IMG/VR virus record: IMGVR_UViG_3300021963_000038
Span: 1 to 64,000 of that record
DNA length: 64,000 nucleotides
Direction: 5' to 3' (one strand)
From: a virus
Below are positions 49,302 to 58,814 of this stretch, piece by piece (positions within the stretch are counted from its first letter, which is position 1; each line of letters opens with the position of its first letter). Position numbers and translations under genes: made by a program. The notes under the pieces were generated by a model. That model did no database searches. It was not told the DNA's origin and worked only from the letters and a program-made list of their open reading frames with translations.

Positions 49302-49948
49302 AACTAATTAGAGAAAACATTGAAGAAGTAAAATTCTTAACTGAAGCCACAGAAAATGGCAAAAAGAACTTGTATATTACAGGTCCTTTTCTCGTATATG
49401 ATAAGCCAAATAAAAATAATCGTATGTACACCAAAGACATTCTAAGTAATGAAGTTAAAAGGTACAACGAAGAATATGTAAAAACTAACCGTGCGCTTGG
49501 AGAACTTGGACATCCAGACACACCATCTATTAACCTTGAAAGAGTTTCACATAAGATTGTCGAATTAACAGACAACGGGGAAGCGTTCATTGGTAAGGCG
49601 TTGATTCTTGATACACCATATGGTCAAATTGTTAAAAACTTTATGGATTCTGGTGTAAACCTTGGAGTATCTTCTCGTGGTATGGGTTCATTACAACCAA
49701 CCAAAGAAGGTTACAACATTGTTCAAGATGATTTTCGTTTAGCTACAGCTGCTGATATCGTTGCGGATCCATCTGCACCAGGAGCTTTCGTTAACGGTAT
49801 CATGGAGAATAAAGAATGGTTGTTTGTCGAAGGTCGTTTTGTTGAAGTTGATATAGATAACGCAAAAAGACAAATTAGACAAGCATCACGAAAAGATATT
49901 GAACAGGTTGCCCTCAACTTGTTTGAAAATTTCATCAGAAAACTTTAA
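49298..49948 (+). CDS. gp21: Prohead protease gp21
   Basis: N.N.R.Y; ALGELGHP; VSH; LGVSSRGMGS; DIVADPSAP.AFV. Confidence 0.96.
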   Translation: MKLIRENIEEVKFLTEATENGKKNLYITGPFLVYDKPNKNNRMYTKDILSNEVKRYNEEYVKTNRALGELGHPDTPSINLERVSHKIVELTDNGEAFIGKALILDTPYGQIVKNFMDSGVNLGVSSRGMGSLQPTKEGYNIVQDDFRLATAADIVADPSAPGAFVNGIMENKEWLFVEGRFVEVDIDNAKRQIRQASRKDIEQVALNLFENFIRKL

Positions 49949-49951
49949 TTT

Positions 49952-49959
49952 TATAAATA
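49952..49959 (+). promoter_or_regulatory. T4-type late promoter TATAAATA
   Basis: Exact consensus upstream of gp22 (RBS AAGGAG). Confidence 0.82.
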
Positions 49960-49981
49960 AGAAATCATAAGGAGATTCCTA

Positions 49982-51049
49982 ATGGCATCAAACAAACTAT
50001 TTGAGGCAGCCGCAGACATTCTTGCAGGAAGCAAGAAATCAGCATCAGCTATGCCTCCAGAAAAACTTCCAGGTCAAGTCGTTGACGCTGGTGGTCCAAC
50101 ACCACAGAATTATAAGAATGATGATAATTCTGCGAAAATTAATCCATCAGATGGTGCACCAGGTAATGCTCAAGCACCAACAACAAAGCCTTCAGACGCT
50201 TCTCCTGACAAGCAAGAAATGCTTGGCAAGGGCAAGACGACTATGAAAGAAGAAGAAATTGTTGAAATGCACGATGATGCAGCAGAAGATAAAGCAATGA
50301 TGAAGAAAATGAAAATGAAAGAAAAAATGAAAGAGGACATTGATGCTCTCTTTGCAGATGATTCTACCATTTCAGAAGAATTTAAAGGCAAAGTTGCCAC
50401 AATTTTTGAAGCTCGTGTTTCTGACCGAGTTGCACAAATTGAAGAAGAAACAGAAACACGTTACGCTGGTATGCTCGAAGAAGCTGTTGAATCAATTAAA
50501 AATGATTTGACAGAAAAAGTTGATGACTACCTATCGTATGTTGTTGAACAATGGATGGATGACAACCAAATTGCTATTGAATCTGGTTTGCGTTCTGAAA
50601 TTACAGAAGAATTTATTTCAGGTTTGCGTAACCTGTTTGCAGAACATTACATTGATGTTCCTGCTGAAAAAGTCGACCTTGTTGGTGAGTTAGCTGGTAA
50701 AGTTGAAGAACTTGAAGCTTCTCTCAATGAAGAAATCGAGCGTGGTATTCAAACTAAAAAAGCTTTAGTAGAAGCCCGCAAAAATGAAATCACTCATGTT
50801 GTTTGCGAAGGTCTCACAGCAACTCAAGTTGAAAAAATCAAATCACTCGCAGAGAGTGTTGAATTCTCCACAGAGGACGAATACAAAGAAAAACTTGAAA
50901 CAATTCGTGAGAACTATTTCCCATCTGGTACCAAGCGTGCTGATGAAAAACAGTTACATGAGGAATTAGGCGATGCAGAAGATAAAAAGGTGTCATCTGA
51001 CCCATTTGTCAATGCAGTCGCAAACGCAATTTCTAAAACAAAACTCTAA
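49982..51049 (+). CDS. gp22: Prohead scaffold gp22
   Basis: SEEFK.K..TIFEA; VDDYL.YVVE.WM..N; LF.EHYIDVP; KL.TIRENYF. Confidence 0.92.
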   Translation: MASNKLFEAAADILAGSKKSASAMPPEKLPGQVVDAGGPTPQNYKNDDNSAKINPSDGAPGNAQAPTTKPSDASPDKQEMLGKGKTTMKEEEIVEMHDDAAEDKAMMKKMKMKEKMKEDIDALFADDSTISEEFKGKVATIFEARVSDRVAQIEEETETRYAGMLEEAVESIKNDLTEKVDDYLSYVVEQWMDDNQIAIESGLRSEITEEFISGLRNLFAEHYIDVPAEKVDLVGELAGKVEELEASLNEEIERGIQTKKALVEARKNEITHVVCEGLTATQVEKIKSLAESVEFSTEDEYKEKLETIRENYFPSGTKRADEKQLHEELGDAEDKKVSSDPFVNAVANAISKTKL

Positions 51050-51066
51050 AAATTAGGAGATAGTAT

Positions 51067-52413
51067 ATGTATTTGTCCGAACAACTACAAAAGAAATGGG
51101 AAGGCGTTCTGGATCATCCAGATATGCCAGCTATTAAAGACCCATACCGTAAGGCTGTTACAGCCGTTATTCTTGAAAACCAAGCTGTTGAGATGGGTAA
51201 AGCCGCTCAATACCTTAACGAAGCCGGTTCACCAACAAACTTTGCTGGTACAGGCGGTTATGGTGGTAGTGCAGCTGCTGCAGGTCCAGTTGCCGGTTTT
51301 GACCCAATCTTAATCAGTTTGGTTCGCCGTTCACTACCTAACTTGATTGCATATGACATTGCTGGCGTTCAGCCAATGACAGGACCTACAGGTCTTATCT
51401 TTGCAATGCGTACACGTTATTCATCACAAGGCGGTACAGAAGCTTTCTACAACGAAGCAAACACTGGTTTCGCAGGCGCAAACGGTGGTGGCGCACAAGT
51501 TGCATTGTCAGTTCCAACTGATACTGCTGCTAACAACACATTTGCTGGTAACGCTGCTGCAATCGCTGCAATGACAACTGGTTCTGCTGAAGCTTTGGGT
51601 GATGGCGCTTCTGGCAACACATTCCAAGAAATGGCATTCTCTATTGAGAAAGTTACTGTTACTGCAAAGACTCGTGCTTTGAAGGCAGAATACTCAATGG
51701 AACTTGCACAAGACTTGAAAGCAGTTCACGGTCTAGATGCAGAAACAGAATTAGCAAACATTCTCTCAACAGAGATTCTTGCTGAAATCAACCGTGAAGT
51801 TATCCGTACAATCTACGGCGTTGCTAAACTAGGTTGCCAAGCAGGTACAACTACTCGTGGTACTTTCGACCTTGACACAGACTCTAACGGTCGTTGGATG
51901 GTTGAAAAGATTAAAGGTCTTGCGTTCCAAATTGAACGTGAAGCTAATACCATCGCTAAGACAACCCGTCGTGGTAAAGGTAATATCATCATCGTTTCTT
52001 CAGATGTTGCATCTGCATTTGCGATGGCTGGTATCCTTGATTACAACTCAGCATTACAAGGTCAAGTTAACTTAACAGTTGACGACACTGGTAACACATT
52101 TGCTGGTACAATGTTCGGTCGTATCAAAGTTTATATCGACCCATATGCACAAACATCTTCAACCAACGAATTCGCTGTTGTTGGTTACAAAGGTACTAAT
52201 GCATATGACGCAGGTATTTTCTACTGCCCATATGTACCATTACAAATGGTTCGTGCCGTTGACACAGGTACCTTCCAGCCAAAGATTGGTTTCAAGACTC
52301 GTTATGGTCTAGTTGCCAACCCATTCGCTGAAGGCACTACACAAGGTCTTGGCGCATTGAATGTACAAGCAAACAACTACTATCGTAGCTTCCGTATTGC
52401 TAACATCATGTAA
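51067..52413 (+). CDS. gp23: Major capsid protein gp23
   Basis: LISLVRR..PNLIAYD..GVQPMTGPTGLIFAMR; RALKAEYS.ELAQDLKAVHGLDAE.EL; FYCPYVPL; FQPKIGFKTRYG. Confidence 0.98.
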   Translation: MYLSEQLQKKWEGVLDHPDMPAIKDPYRKAVTAVILENQAVEMGKAAQYLNEAGSPTNFAGTGGYGGSAAAAGPVAGFDPILISLVRRSLPNLIAYDIAGVQPMTGPTGLIFAMRTRYSSQGGTEAFYNEANTGFAGANGGGAQVALSVPTDTAANNTFAGNAAAIAAMTTGSAEALGDGASGNTFQEMAFSIEKVTVTAKTRALKAEYSMELAQDLKAVHGLDAETELANILSTEILAEINREVIRTIYGVAKLGCQAGTTTRGTFDLDTDSNGRWMVEKIKGLAFQIEREANTIAKTTRRGKGNIIIVSSDVASAFAMAGILDYNSALQGQVNLTVDDTGNTFAGTMFGRIKVYIDPYAQTSSTNEFAVVGYKGTNAYDAGIFYCPYVPLQMVRAVDTGTFQPKIGFKTRYGLVANPFAEGTTQGLGALNVQANNYYRSFRIANIM

Positions 52414-52438
52414 TTGAAACTCCGTTAAGAGAGTTATT

Positions 52439-52468
52439 AAAAGACCACCTTCGGGTGGTCTTTTTTTT
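52439..52468 (+). terminator. Rho-independent terminator with C(UUCG)G tetraloop after gp23
   Basis: AAAAGACCACC-TTCG-GGTGGTCTTTTTTTT. Confidence 0.93.
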
Positions 52469-52470
52469 CG

Positions 52471-52478
52471 CCTAAATA
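52471..52478 (+). promoter_or_regulatory. Late promoter variant CCTAAATA for gp3
   Basis: Directly after the terminator, 7 nt upstream of ATG 52486. Confidence 0.55.
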
Positions 52479-52485
52479 ATCCATT

Positions 52486-53031
52486 ATGAGCGCACTCAAT
52501 AGAAACCCTAAAAATCCAAATTACTTACATCCTAATAAGTTTCAATTAAACTTTTCTAGGTTGCCAAACATACAGTATTTTTGTCAGACTGTAACTGTTC
52601 CTGGTATTTCTTTATCTGAGATTCCACAAAATACTCCTTTTGTAGACTTGTATAAACCAGGTGAAAAAGCAATTTACGATTTGTTGAATGTTACTTTTTT
52701 GGTTGATGAAGCTTTAAAGTCTTGGTTAGAAGTACACGATTGGATTCGTGGTATGACTTTTCCTACTGACTTTAAAGAATACCAGAATTTAGGTTTACTA
52801 AGTAAAACTGCCGGCATAAGACAATCTGTGGGATTGGCACCACAATATTCTGATGCAACACTTACCATTTTATCATCGGCAAATAATCCAACATTTACAT
52901 TTAAATTTTATGATGTATTCCCAACATCATTATCTACCTTTGTCATGTCCACTACTGATAGTCCAGACACGGCAATTACAGCTGATGCAACTTTCAGATA
53001 TTCCTATTTTGATGTTGACAAAGTAAATTAA
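52486..53031 (+). CDS. gp3: Tail completion/tube terminator gp3
   Basis: N.L.P..F...P...YFCQ.V.VPGI; LNV.FLVDE.L..W.E.HDW; SDATL.ILSS.N; FP.SLS. Confidence 0.9.
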   Translation: MSALNRNPKNPNYLHPNKFQLNFSRLPNIQYFCQTVTVPGISLSEIPQNTPFVDLYKPGEKAIYDLLNVTFLVDEALKSWLEVHDWIRGMTFPTDFKEYQNLGLLSKTAGIRQSVGLAPQYSDATLTILSSANNPTFTFKFYDVFPTSLSTFVMSTTDSPDTAITADATFRYSYFDVDKVN

Positions 53032-53043
53032 TTCTGTTATACT
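53015..53043 (+). promoter_or_regulatory. Sigma70-type promoter for uvsY-uvsW
   Basis: TTGACA (53015-20), 17-bp spacer, extended -10 TGtTATACT (53038-43). Confidence 0.85.
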
Positions 53044-53062
53044 CCGTTAAGGAGGATTTGGC

Positions 53063-53497
53063 ATGACTAAACTTGATGAATTATTGAATATGTGGGCAAC
53101 CGATTCTGTTATTGATAGAACAGAACCAGGCAAAGCACTAATTAACATACCACAACTACACAGTAAGTATTTGAATATACTTTCACGGCATCGCTTGCTC
53201 GCAAAAGAAGCCGACTTTAAATATAGTAGGATGAAAAAGATTAAATGGGAATATTATACAGGTAAACTGGATGATGACCAACTTAAACACCACGGTTGGG
53301 AACCATTTCCATTTGTATTGAAATCCGAGATTAATACATACTTTGACAGTGATGAAGATTTGAACAGACTAACTGCACAAAAAATGATGCATGAAGAAAT
53401 TGTTGAAGTCTGTCAAAGCATACTCAAAGAATTGAACTCACGCACATTCCAATTGCGTGATTTTATAGCATGGGAAAGATTCATTCAAGGTGTTTGA
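53063..53497 (+). CDS. uvsY: Recombination mediator UvsY
   Basis: W..DS.ID; IP.LHSKYL; KWEYYTGK; R.FQLRD.I.W..F. Confidence 0.9.
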   Translation: MTKLDELLNMWATDSVIDRTEPGKALINIPQLHSKYLNILSRHRLLAKEADFKYSRMKKIKWEYYTGKLDDDQLKHHGWEPFPFVLKSEINTYFDSDEDLNRLTAQKMMHEEIVEVCQSILKELNSRTFQLRDFIAWERFIQGV

Positions 53498-54953
53498 TAT
53501 AAGACTAGAGAAAGTTAATGAGGCATACATTCGTGTTACTTGCGAAAGAAATATATCTCAAGAACTTTCAGATTACTTCACATTTTATGTACCAGGTTAT
53601 CAATTCACACCTGCATATAAATCACGATATTGGGATGGTAAGATAAGGTTATTAGACCTAAGAACCATGCTAATATATCGTGGTCTAATTGCATACATTG
53701 AAAAGTTTTGTGAAGAAAGAAAATACACTCTTGACATTGATATAGAACTTAGAACAACTAAGATTTTCTCACTAGTTGAAGCTAAAGAATTTGTAGAGTC
53801 ATTAAATCTACCACATGAAATCAGAGAGTATCAATTAAATTCTTTTGTTCATTCTATACGAAACAAAAGGTTGATGTTGTTATCTCCAACGGCATCAGGT
53901 AAATCTCTCATATTATATTGTATCATTCGTTATTTGCAAATAGAGAATAAAAAAGGTTTGTTAATTGTTCCAACCACTTCTTTGGTTGAACAAATGTACA
54001 AAGACTTTGCAGATTATGGTTATGATTCAGAACAATATTGCCATCGACAATATTCTGGTAAAGAAAAAGTAACAAATAAATTTCTTACAATTACCACTTG
54101 GCAATCAATTTATAAAAACCCACCAGAATACTTCGAACAATTTGATTTTGTTGTCGGTGATGAGGCACATCAATTTAAAGCCAAATCACTTGCAACAATT
54201 ATGTCTGGTTGCACTAATGCAGGATATCGCATTGGGTGTACAGGTACACTTGATGGTACACAAACACATCGTTTGGTTTTAGAAGGTTTGTTTGGTCCTG
54301 TTTATCAAGCAACGACAACCAAAGAATTGATGGACAATAAACATCTTGCAGAGTTTAAAATTAAGTGTCTGATATTAAAGTATCCTGATACCGTATGTAA
54401 ACAATCTAGAGATTGGGACTACAATACGGAAGTGGATTACATCGTACTAAATAAAGCAAGAAATGAGTTTATTAAAAATCTTGTTTTATCACTTGAAGGT
54501 AATACTCTGATACTGTTTCAATTTGTAGAAAAACACGGTAAAGATTTACATTCATTGATAAAAGAACATACAAAAAATCGTCATGTGTTTTTTGTATACG
54601 GAGGAACTGATGTTGAGGTTCGTGAATCGATTCGTGCGATTACTGAAAAAGAAAGTGATGCTATCATTGTTGCTTCATATGGTACTTTCTCTACTGGCGT
54701 TAATATTCGCAATCTCCACAATATTGTATTTGCCTCACCTAGCAAGTCAAGAATACGCAATCTTCAATCAATAGGTAGAGGACTCAGAATTGGTGATAAC
54801 AAACAAGAAGCAACATTATTTGATATCGCAGATGATTTTAGAATAGGCAAACATACCAATTACACCTTGAAACATTTTGTTGAACGTGTTAAAATATACG
54901 ATGAAGAAAAGTTCAGTTACAAGTTTTATAACATAGACCTCAAAAATGGATAA
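53490..54953 (+). CDS. uvsW: SF2 helicase UvsW
   Basis: WDGKIRL; SPTASGKS; DEAH; GTFSTGVNI.NLH; LQSIGRGLR. Confidence 0.96.
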   Translation: MFDIRLEKVNEAYIRVTCERNISQELSDYFTFYVPGYQFTPAYKSRYWDGKIRLLDLRTMLIYRGLIAYIEKFCEERKYTLDIDIELRTTKIFSLVEAKEFVESLNLPHEIREYQLNSFVHSIRNKRLMLLSPTASGKSLILYCIIRYLQIENKKGLLIVPTTSLVEQMYKDFADYGYDSEQYCHRQYSGKEKVTNKFLTITTWQSIYKNPPEYFEQFDFVVGDEAHQFKAKSLATIMSGCTNAGYRIGCTGTLDGTQTHRLVLEGLFGPVYQATTTKELMDNKHLAEFKIKCLILKYPDTVCKQSRDWDYNTEVDYIVLNKARNEFIKNLVLSLEGNTLILFQFVEKHGKDLHSLIKEHTKNRHVFFVYGGTDVEVRESIRAITEKESDAIIVASYGTFSTGVNIRNLHNIVFASPSKSRIRNLQSIGRGLRIGDNKQEATLFDIADDFRIGKHTNYTLKHFVERVKIYDEEKFSYKFYNIDLKNG

Positions 54954-55374
54954 CGTAAACGTAAAAATTATAAGATTACAATCGGGTGAGGACATAATTG
55001 GAAATTACAATGAAGATGAAGAATCAGGCATTGTTCATGTCAACAGGCCTATGAGTTTGTTTTTTAAACGACTGCCTACAGGTAAATCTGTTATGATGAT
55101 GGGACCTTGGTTACCAGTTGAATTGATACAAAGTAACTCCGCCTGTTTGTATGTACAAGATATCTTAACTGTTATTTCACCGAAACAAGCATTAGTTAAT
55201 TATTATAATGATGCTGCCAATCAGGCAGAACTCCTGTTGAGTGACCAAGATGAAGAAATTGAGCAATCACTTCAGAGGTCTATGAATGGTGAGGAGGAGG
55301 AAGAAGATGAAGATGATGATGGTTTTGATATATCGGAGATAATGGCAACATCTAAAGGTAGAACTATACATTGA
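54946..55374 (+). CDS. Conserved hypothetical protein (Sm-like N-terminus, acidic tail)
   Basis: IIRLQSGEDIIG..PW motif; usual position between uvsW and gp55. Confidence 0.65.
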   Translation: MDNVNVKIIRLQSGEDIIGNYNEDEESGIVHVNRPMSLFFKRLPTGKSVMMMGPWLPVELIQSNSACLYVQDILTVISPKQALVNYYNDAANQAELLLSDQDEEIEQSLQRSMNGEEEEEDEDDDGFDISEIMATSKGRTIH

Positions 55375-55388
55375 AACGGAACACCGCT

Positions 55389-55417
55389 ATGATAACACTG
55401 TCAAGTTTTACTGTCAA
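55389..55417 (-). promoter_or_regulatory. Antisense sigma70-type promoter
   Basis: Minus-strand TTGACA (55417-12), 17 bp, TGtTATCAT (55394-89); points back into ORF 54946 and uvsW. Confidence 0.6.
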
Positions 55418-55448
55418 GCGTTATCTAAGGTAAATATAAAAATATACC

Positions 55449-55477
55449 TTGCTTATTTGAGGTGACTATGATAGAAT
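55449..55477 (+). promoter_or_regulatory. Sigma70-type promoter for gp55
   Basis: TTGCTT (55449-54), 17 bp, TGaTAGAAT (55472-77); ATG is only 9 nt further. Confidence 0.75.
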
Positions 55478-55486
55478 GGAAATATT

Positions 55487-56041
55487 ATGACAAAAAAACA
55501 TTATGTAAACAATGCTGACTTTCTTACAGCACTTATAGACTATCGTGCTAGATGCGATATTGCCAAGACGGAAGGTAAGGAAGACCCTAGAATACCAGAC
55601 TATATTGGTGAATGCTTTCTAAAGATTGCAGAACACCTATCAAGGAAGCCAAACTTCATCTCATATTCTTTCCGAGATGAAATGATTGCTGACGGCATAG
55701 AAAACTGTCTGATGTATTTCCGAAACTTTGACCCAGCAAAGTCAAAGAACCCATTCGCATACTTCACCCAAATTATTTACTTTGCCTTTCTCCGTAGGAT
55801 TATGAAAGAGAAAAAACAATTGTATGTTAAGTACAAGGCAACACAACAATTCGGTATTTTAGATGAAGGTGAAATGTATGAAGATACAGACGGCAATATG
55901 AAACAGTTTGAACTGTATGATAACATTGCTGAGTTTATTGAAACCTTTGAAGAAAACCGAGAAAAGAAAAAGAAGATTAAGGTAAAAGGACTAGAAAAGT
56001 TTATTGAACCATCTGATTTAGAAATACCCAAAGAACTATGA
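55487..56041 (+). CDS. gp55: Late transcription sigma factor gp55
   Basis: HYVNN..F; YIGECFLKIA..LS.KPNF..Y; EMI.DGIENC; NPFAYFTQI.YFAFLRRI.KEK. Confidence 0.96.
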   Translation: MTKKHYVNNADFLTALIDYRARCDIAKTEGKEDPRIPDYIGECFLKIAEHLSRKPNFISYSFRDEMIADGIENCLMYFRNFDPAKSKNPFAYFTQIIYFAFLRRIMKEKKQLYVKYKATQQFGILDEGEMYEDTDGNMKQFELYDNIAEFIETFEENREKKKKIKVKGLEKFIEPSDLEIPKEL

Positions 56042-57105
56042 AATTGATTATTTTAGGTGACACTCATTTTGGTATGAGAGGTGATTCTTTAGAGTTTCAC
56101 AATTATTACAAACGATTCTATCAAGAAGTATTGTTCCCATATGTTGTAAAGAATAACATCACAACTATCTTTCAGATGGGTGATTTGTTTGACCGCAGAA
56201 AGTTTATTAATTTTAATACACTATATCTCTCAAGACAATATTTCTTCAATACAATAAAAGAACTTGGTATTCAATTTCATACCATACTTGGTAACCACGA
56301 CATTTATTATAAGAATGTTCTTGAGGTTAATTCATCACAGATGTTACTTAAAGATTATGATAACATTATTGTTTATGATGAACCGAACAAAGTGGTGTTT
56401 GATGGTGTTGATGTTGATGTGATACCTTGGATTTGTGCCGACAATGAAATGGAGATTAAAAAGTTTATTGAAAACTCCACTTCACAAATTTGTTTTGGGC
56501 ACTTTGAAATTGCTGGGTTCGAAATGGACAAAGGCAATGTATGCCATGAAGGGCTTGACAAAAGCATATTAAAGAGATATGATATAGTGTTGAGTGGCCA
56601 CTTTCACCATAAATCTTCTGATGGCCAAATTACCTATGTTGGTACGCCAGGTGAAATGACATGGACTGACTACAATGACCCAAGAGGTTTTCATGTGTTT
56701 GATACCGAAACTAGAGAGATGGAGTTTATACAGAATCCATATCGTATGTTTCATAAAATATCATATGATGACACCGTATCTGACTTTGAATTTTGGAAAT
56801 CGTTTGATTACAATGCACTGAAAGAAACATATGTAAAGGTGATTGTTGTTAACAAACAAAACCCATATCTATTTGATAATGTGATTGATAACTTGTATAA
56901 GGCAGGTGTGTCAGATATATCAATCGTTGAAGATTTTACCGACAACTCGGTTGAAAACGATGATGAATTGGTCAATCAGGCAGAAGATACAATGACAATT
57001 CTTGGAAAGTATATTGATAATTTAACACTCAATGTTGATAATGATAAACTGAAAGCTTTGATGAGAGAAGTCTATGTCGAAGCATTGACAACTGAAACTG
57101 AATGA
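56038..57105 (+). CDS. gp47: Recombination endonuclease gp47 (Mre11/SbcD-like)
   Basis: GDTHFG; GDLFDRRK; GNHD; GHFE; SGHFH metallophosphoesterase motifs. Confidence 0.95.
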   Translation: MKLIILGDTHFGMRGDSLEFHNYYKRFYQEVLFPYVVKNNITTIFQMGDLFDRRKFINFNTLYLSRQYFFNTIKELGIQFHTILGNHDIYYKNVLEVNSSQMLLKDYDNIIVYDEPNKVVFDGVDVDVIPWICADNEMEIKKFIENSTSQICFGHFEIAGFEMDKGNVCHEGLDKSILKRYDIVLSGHFHHKSSDGQITYVGTPGEMTWTDYNDPRGFHVFDTETREMEFIQNPYRMFHKISYDDTVSDFEFWKSFDYNALKETYVKVIVVNKQNPYLFDNVIDNLYKAGVSDISIVEDFTDNSVENDDELVNQAEDTMTILGKYIDNLTLNVDNDKLKALMREVYVEALTTETE

Positions 57106-58814
57106 TATTATTTCGTAAGATTAAATGGAAAAACTTTCTTTCAACAGGTAACTACTTTACTGAAATTGAGTTTGATACATCACCCAATACATTAGTTGTA
57201 GGTGAGAATGGTGCAGGCAAATCAACTATGTTGGATGCTCTGTGTTTTGTTTTGTTCAGTAAACCATTCCGTTCTGTAAATAAACCTCAACTACTCAACT
57301 CAATCAATGGCAAAGATTGTGTGGTTGAGGTCGAGTTTAATGTTGGTAATAAAGCCTATCGAATCATTCGTGGTATTAAACCAAACATATTTGAAATCTA
57401 TTGTGATGGTGAACTAGTCAATCAAGATGCTGCTGTGCGTGATTACCAGGAGTATTTGGAAAAGTTTGTTTTAAAATTAAACTATAAATCATTTACTCAA
57501 ATTGTTATTTTAGGTAGTGCATCGTTCACTCCGTTCATGCAGTTATCTGCCGCTGATAGACGGTCTATCATTGAAGAATTATTGGACATTCAGATATTCT
57601 CTGCAATGAATAATATCATCAAAGAAAAAATGTCTGTCAATAAAGAAACAATGGCAACCAGAAAACATGAGATTGAACTCACTCAGCAAAAACATGATAT
57701 GCATAAAAAACATATCGAAGAACTGAAACAAAACAACGATGATAAAGTTAGAGAATATGAGAAAGAGATTGCCAACAATCAAGTTATCATAGAAGAACTT
57801 ACTGCAAATAGTGATTTATTTCTTACAAGAGTTGGTGAGTATACCAAAGAAGTTTCTGATAAACTTGATACAGAGGCAAGACTTAAAACTATTACCAAAC
57901 TTGAATCACAAATAGAAAGCAATCTGTCGAAGTACCGAAAAGATATTAACTTCTTCCAAGATAATGATAATTGTCCTACTTGTAGACAAACTATTCAATT
58001 AGATTTTAAAGAGAAAGAAGTTGCGGCACTACACACCAAAAAAACTGAGTGTGAACACGGCTTGAAAAAGTTGGAAAGTAAACTGATACAGGAACAAACT
58101 AAACTGAATCTCATCAATGAGAAACAGAAACAAATTCAACAATTACAAATTAAGATTGCTACCAATAATACTTCTATTACTGAAACACAGAAGTACATTA
58201 AGAAATTGGAAAAGCAAATTAAAGAGTTAACGGAGAATAAATCATCAACAGAGAAAGAATCGAAACAGCTAAAAGAATTAGAGGATTGTCTGTTGAAACT
58301 ACAAGTAGAGTTAAAGCAATTAATAGAAGAAAAAACATATTACGAAGTTGCCTCTGGTTTGTTGAAAGATACAGGTATCAAGACCAAGATTATTAAACAA
58401 TATTTACCAATCATCAATAAGTTGGTGAACAAATACTTGGCATCATTTGACTTTTTTGTTAACTTTAACCTAGATGAATCATTCAAAGAAACAATTAAAT
58501 CTAGGCACCGTGATGAGTTTACATATGCCAGTTTTTCTGAAGGTGAGAAACAGAAGATTGATTTGGCACTTTTATTTAGTTGGCGTGCCGTTGCCAAATT
58601 GAAGAACTCTGCCAACACCAATCTGTTAATACTTGATGAGGTGTTTGATTCTAGTTTAGATGCCAACGGCACAGAATATTTGATGACTATACTTCAGATG
58701 CTTGAAGGCACTAATGTGTTTGTAATATCTCACAAAGGAGATATTCTACAAGATAAGTTCCGTAATGTCATTAAGTTTGAAAAGGTAAAAAACTTTAGTA
58801 GGATTATGAAATGA
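57102..58814 (+). CDS. gp46: Recombination ATPase gp46 (Rad50/SbcC-like)
   Basis: GENGAGKST Walker A; CPTC zinc hook; FSEGEK signature; LILDEVFD; ISHK. Confidence 0.96.
   Translation: MILFRKIKWKNFLSTGNYFTEIEFDTSPNTLVVGENGAGKSTMLDALCFVLFSKPFRSVNKPQLLNSINGKDCVVEVEFNVGNKAYRIIRGIKPNIFEIYCDGELVNQDAAVRDYQEYLEKFVLKLNYKSFTQIVILGSASFTPFMQLSAADRRSIIEELLDIQIFSAMNNIIKEKMSVNKETMATRKHEIELTQQKHDMHKKHIEELKQNNDDKVREYEKEIANNQVIIEELTANSDLFLTRVGEYTKEVSDKLDTEARLKTITKLESQIESNLSKYRKDINFFQDNDNCPTCRQTIQLDFKEKEVAALHTKKTECEHGLKKLESKLIQEQTKLNLINEKQKQIQQLQIKIATNNTSITETQKYIKKLEKQIKELTENKSSTEKESKQLKELEDCLLKLQVELKQLIEEKTYYEVASGLLKDTGIKTKIIKQYLPIINKLVNKYLASFDFFVNFNLDESFKETIKSRHRDEFTYASFSEGEKQKIDLALLFSWRAVAKLKNSANTNLLILDEVFDSSLDANGTEYLMTILQMLEGTNVFVISHKGDILQDKFRNVIKFEKVKNFSRIMK

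Noticed and set aside
41323-58814. Introns, inteins or homing endonucleases in gp17, gp20, gp23, uvsW or gp46
   Set aside because: All are uninterrupted and of ordinary length, with no intein or HNH/GIY-YIG motifs seen
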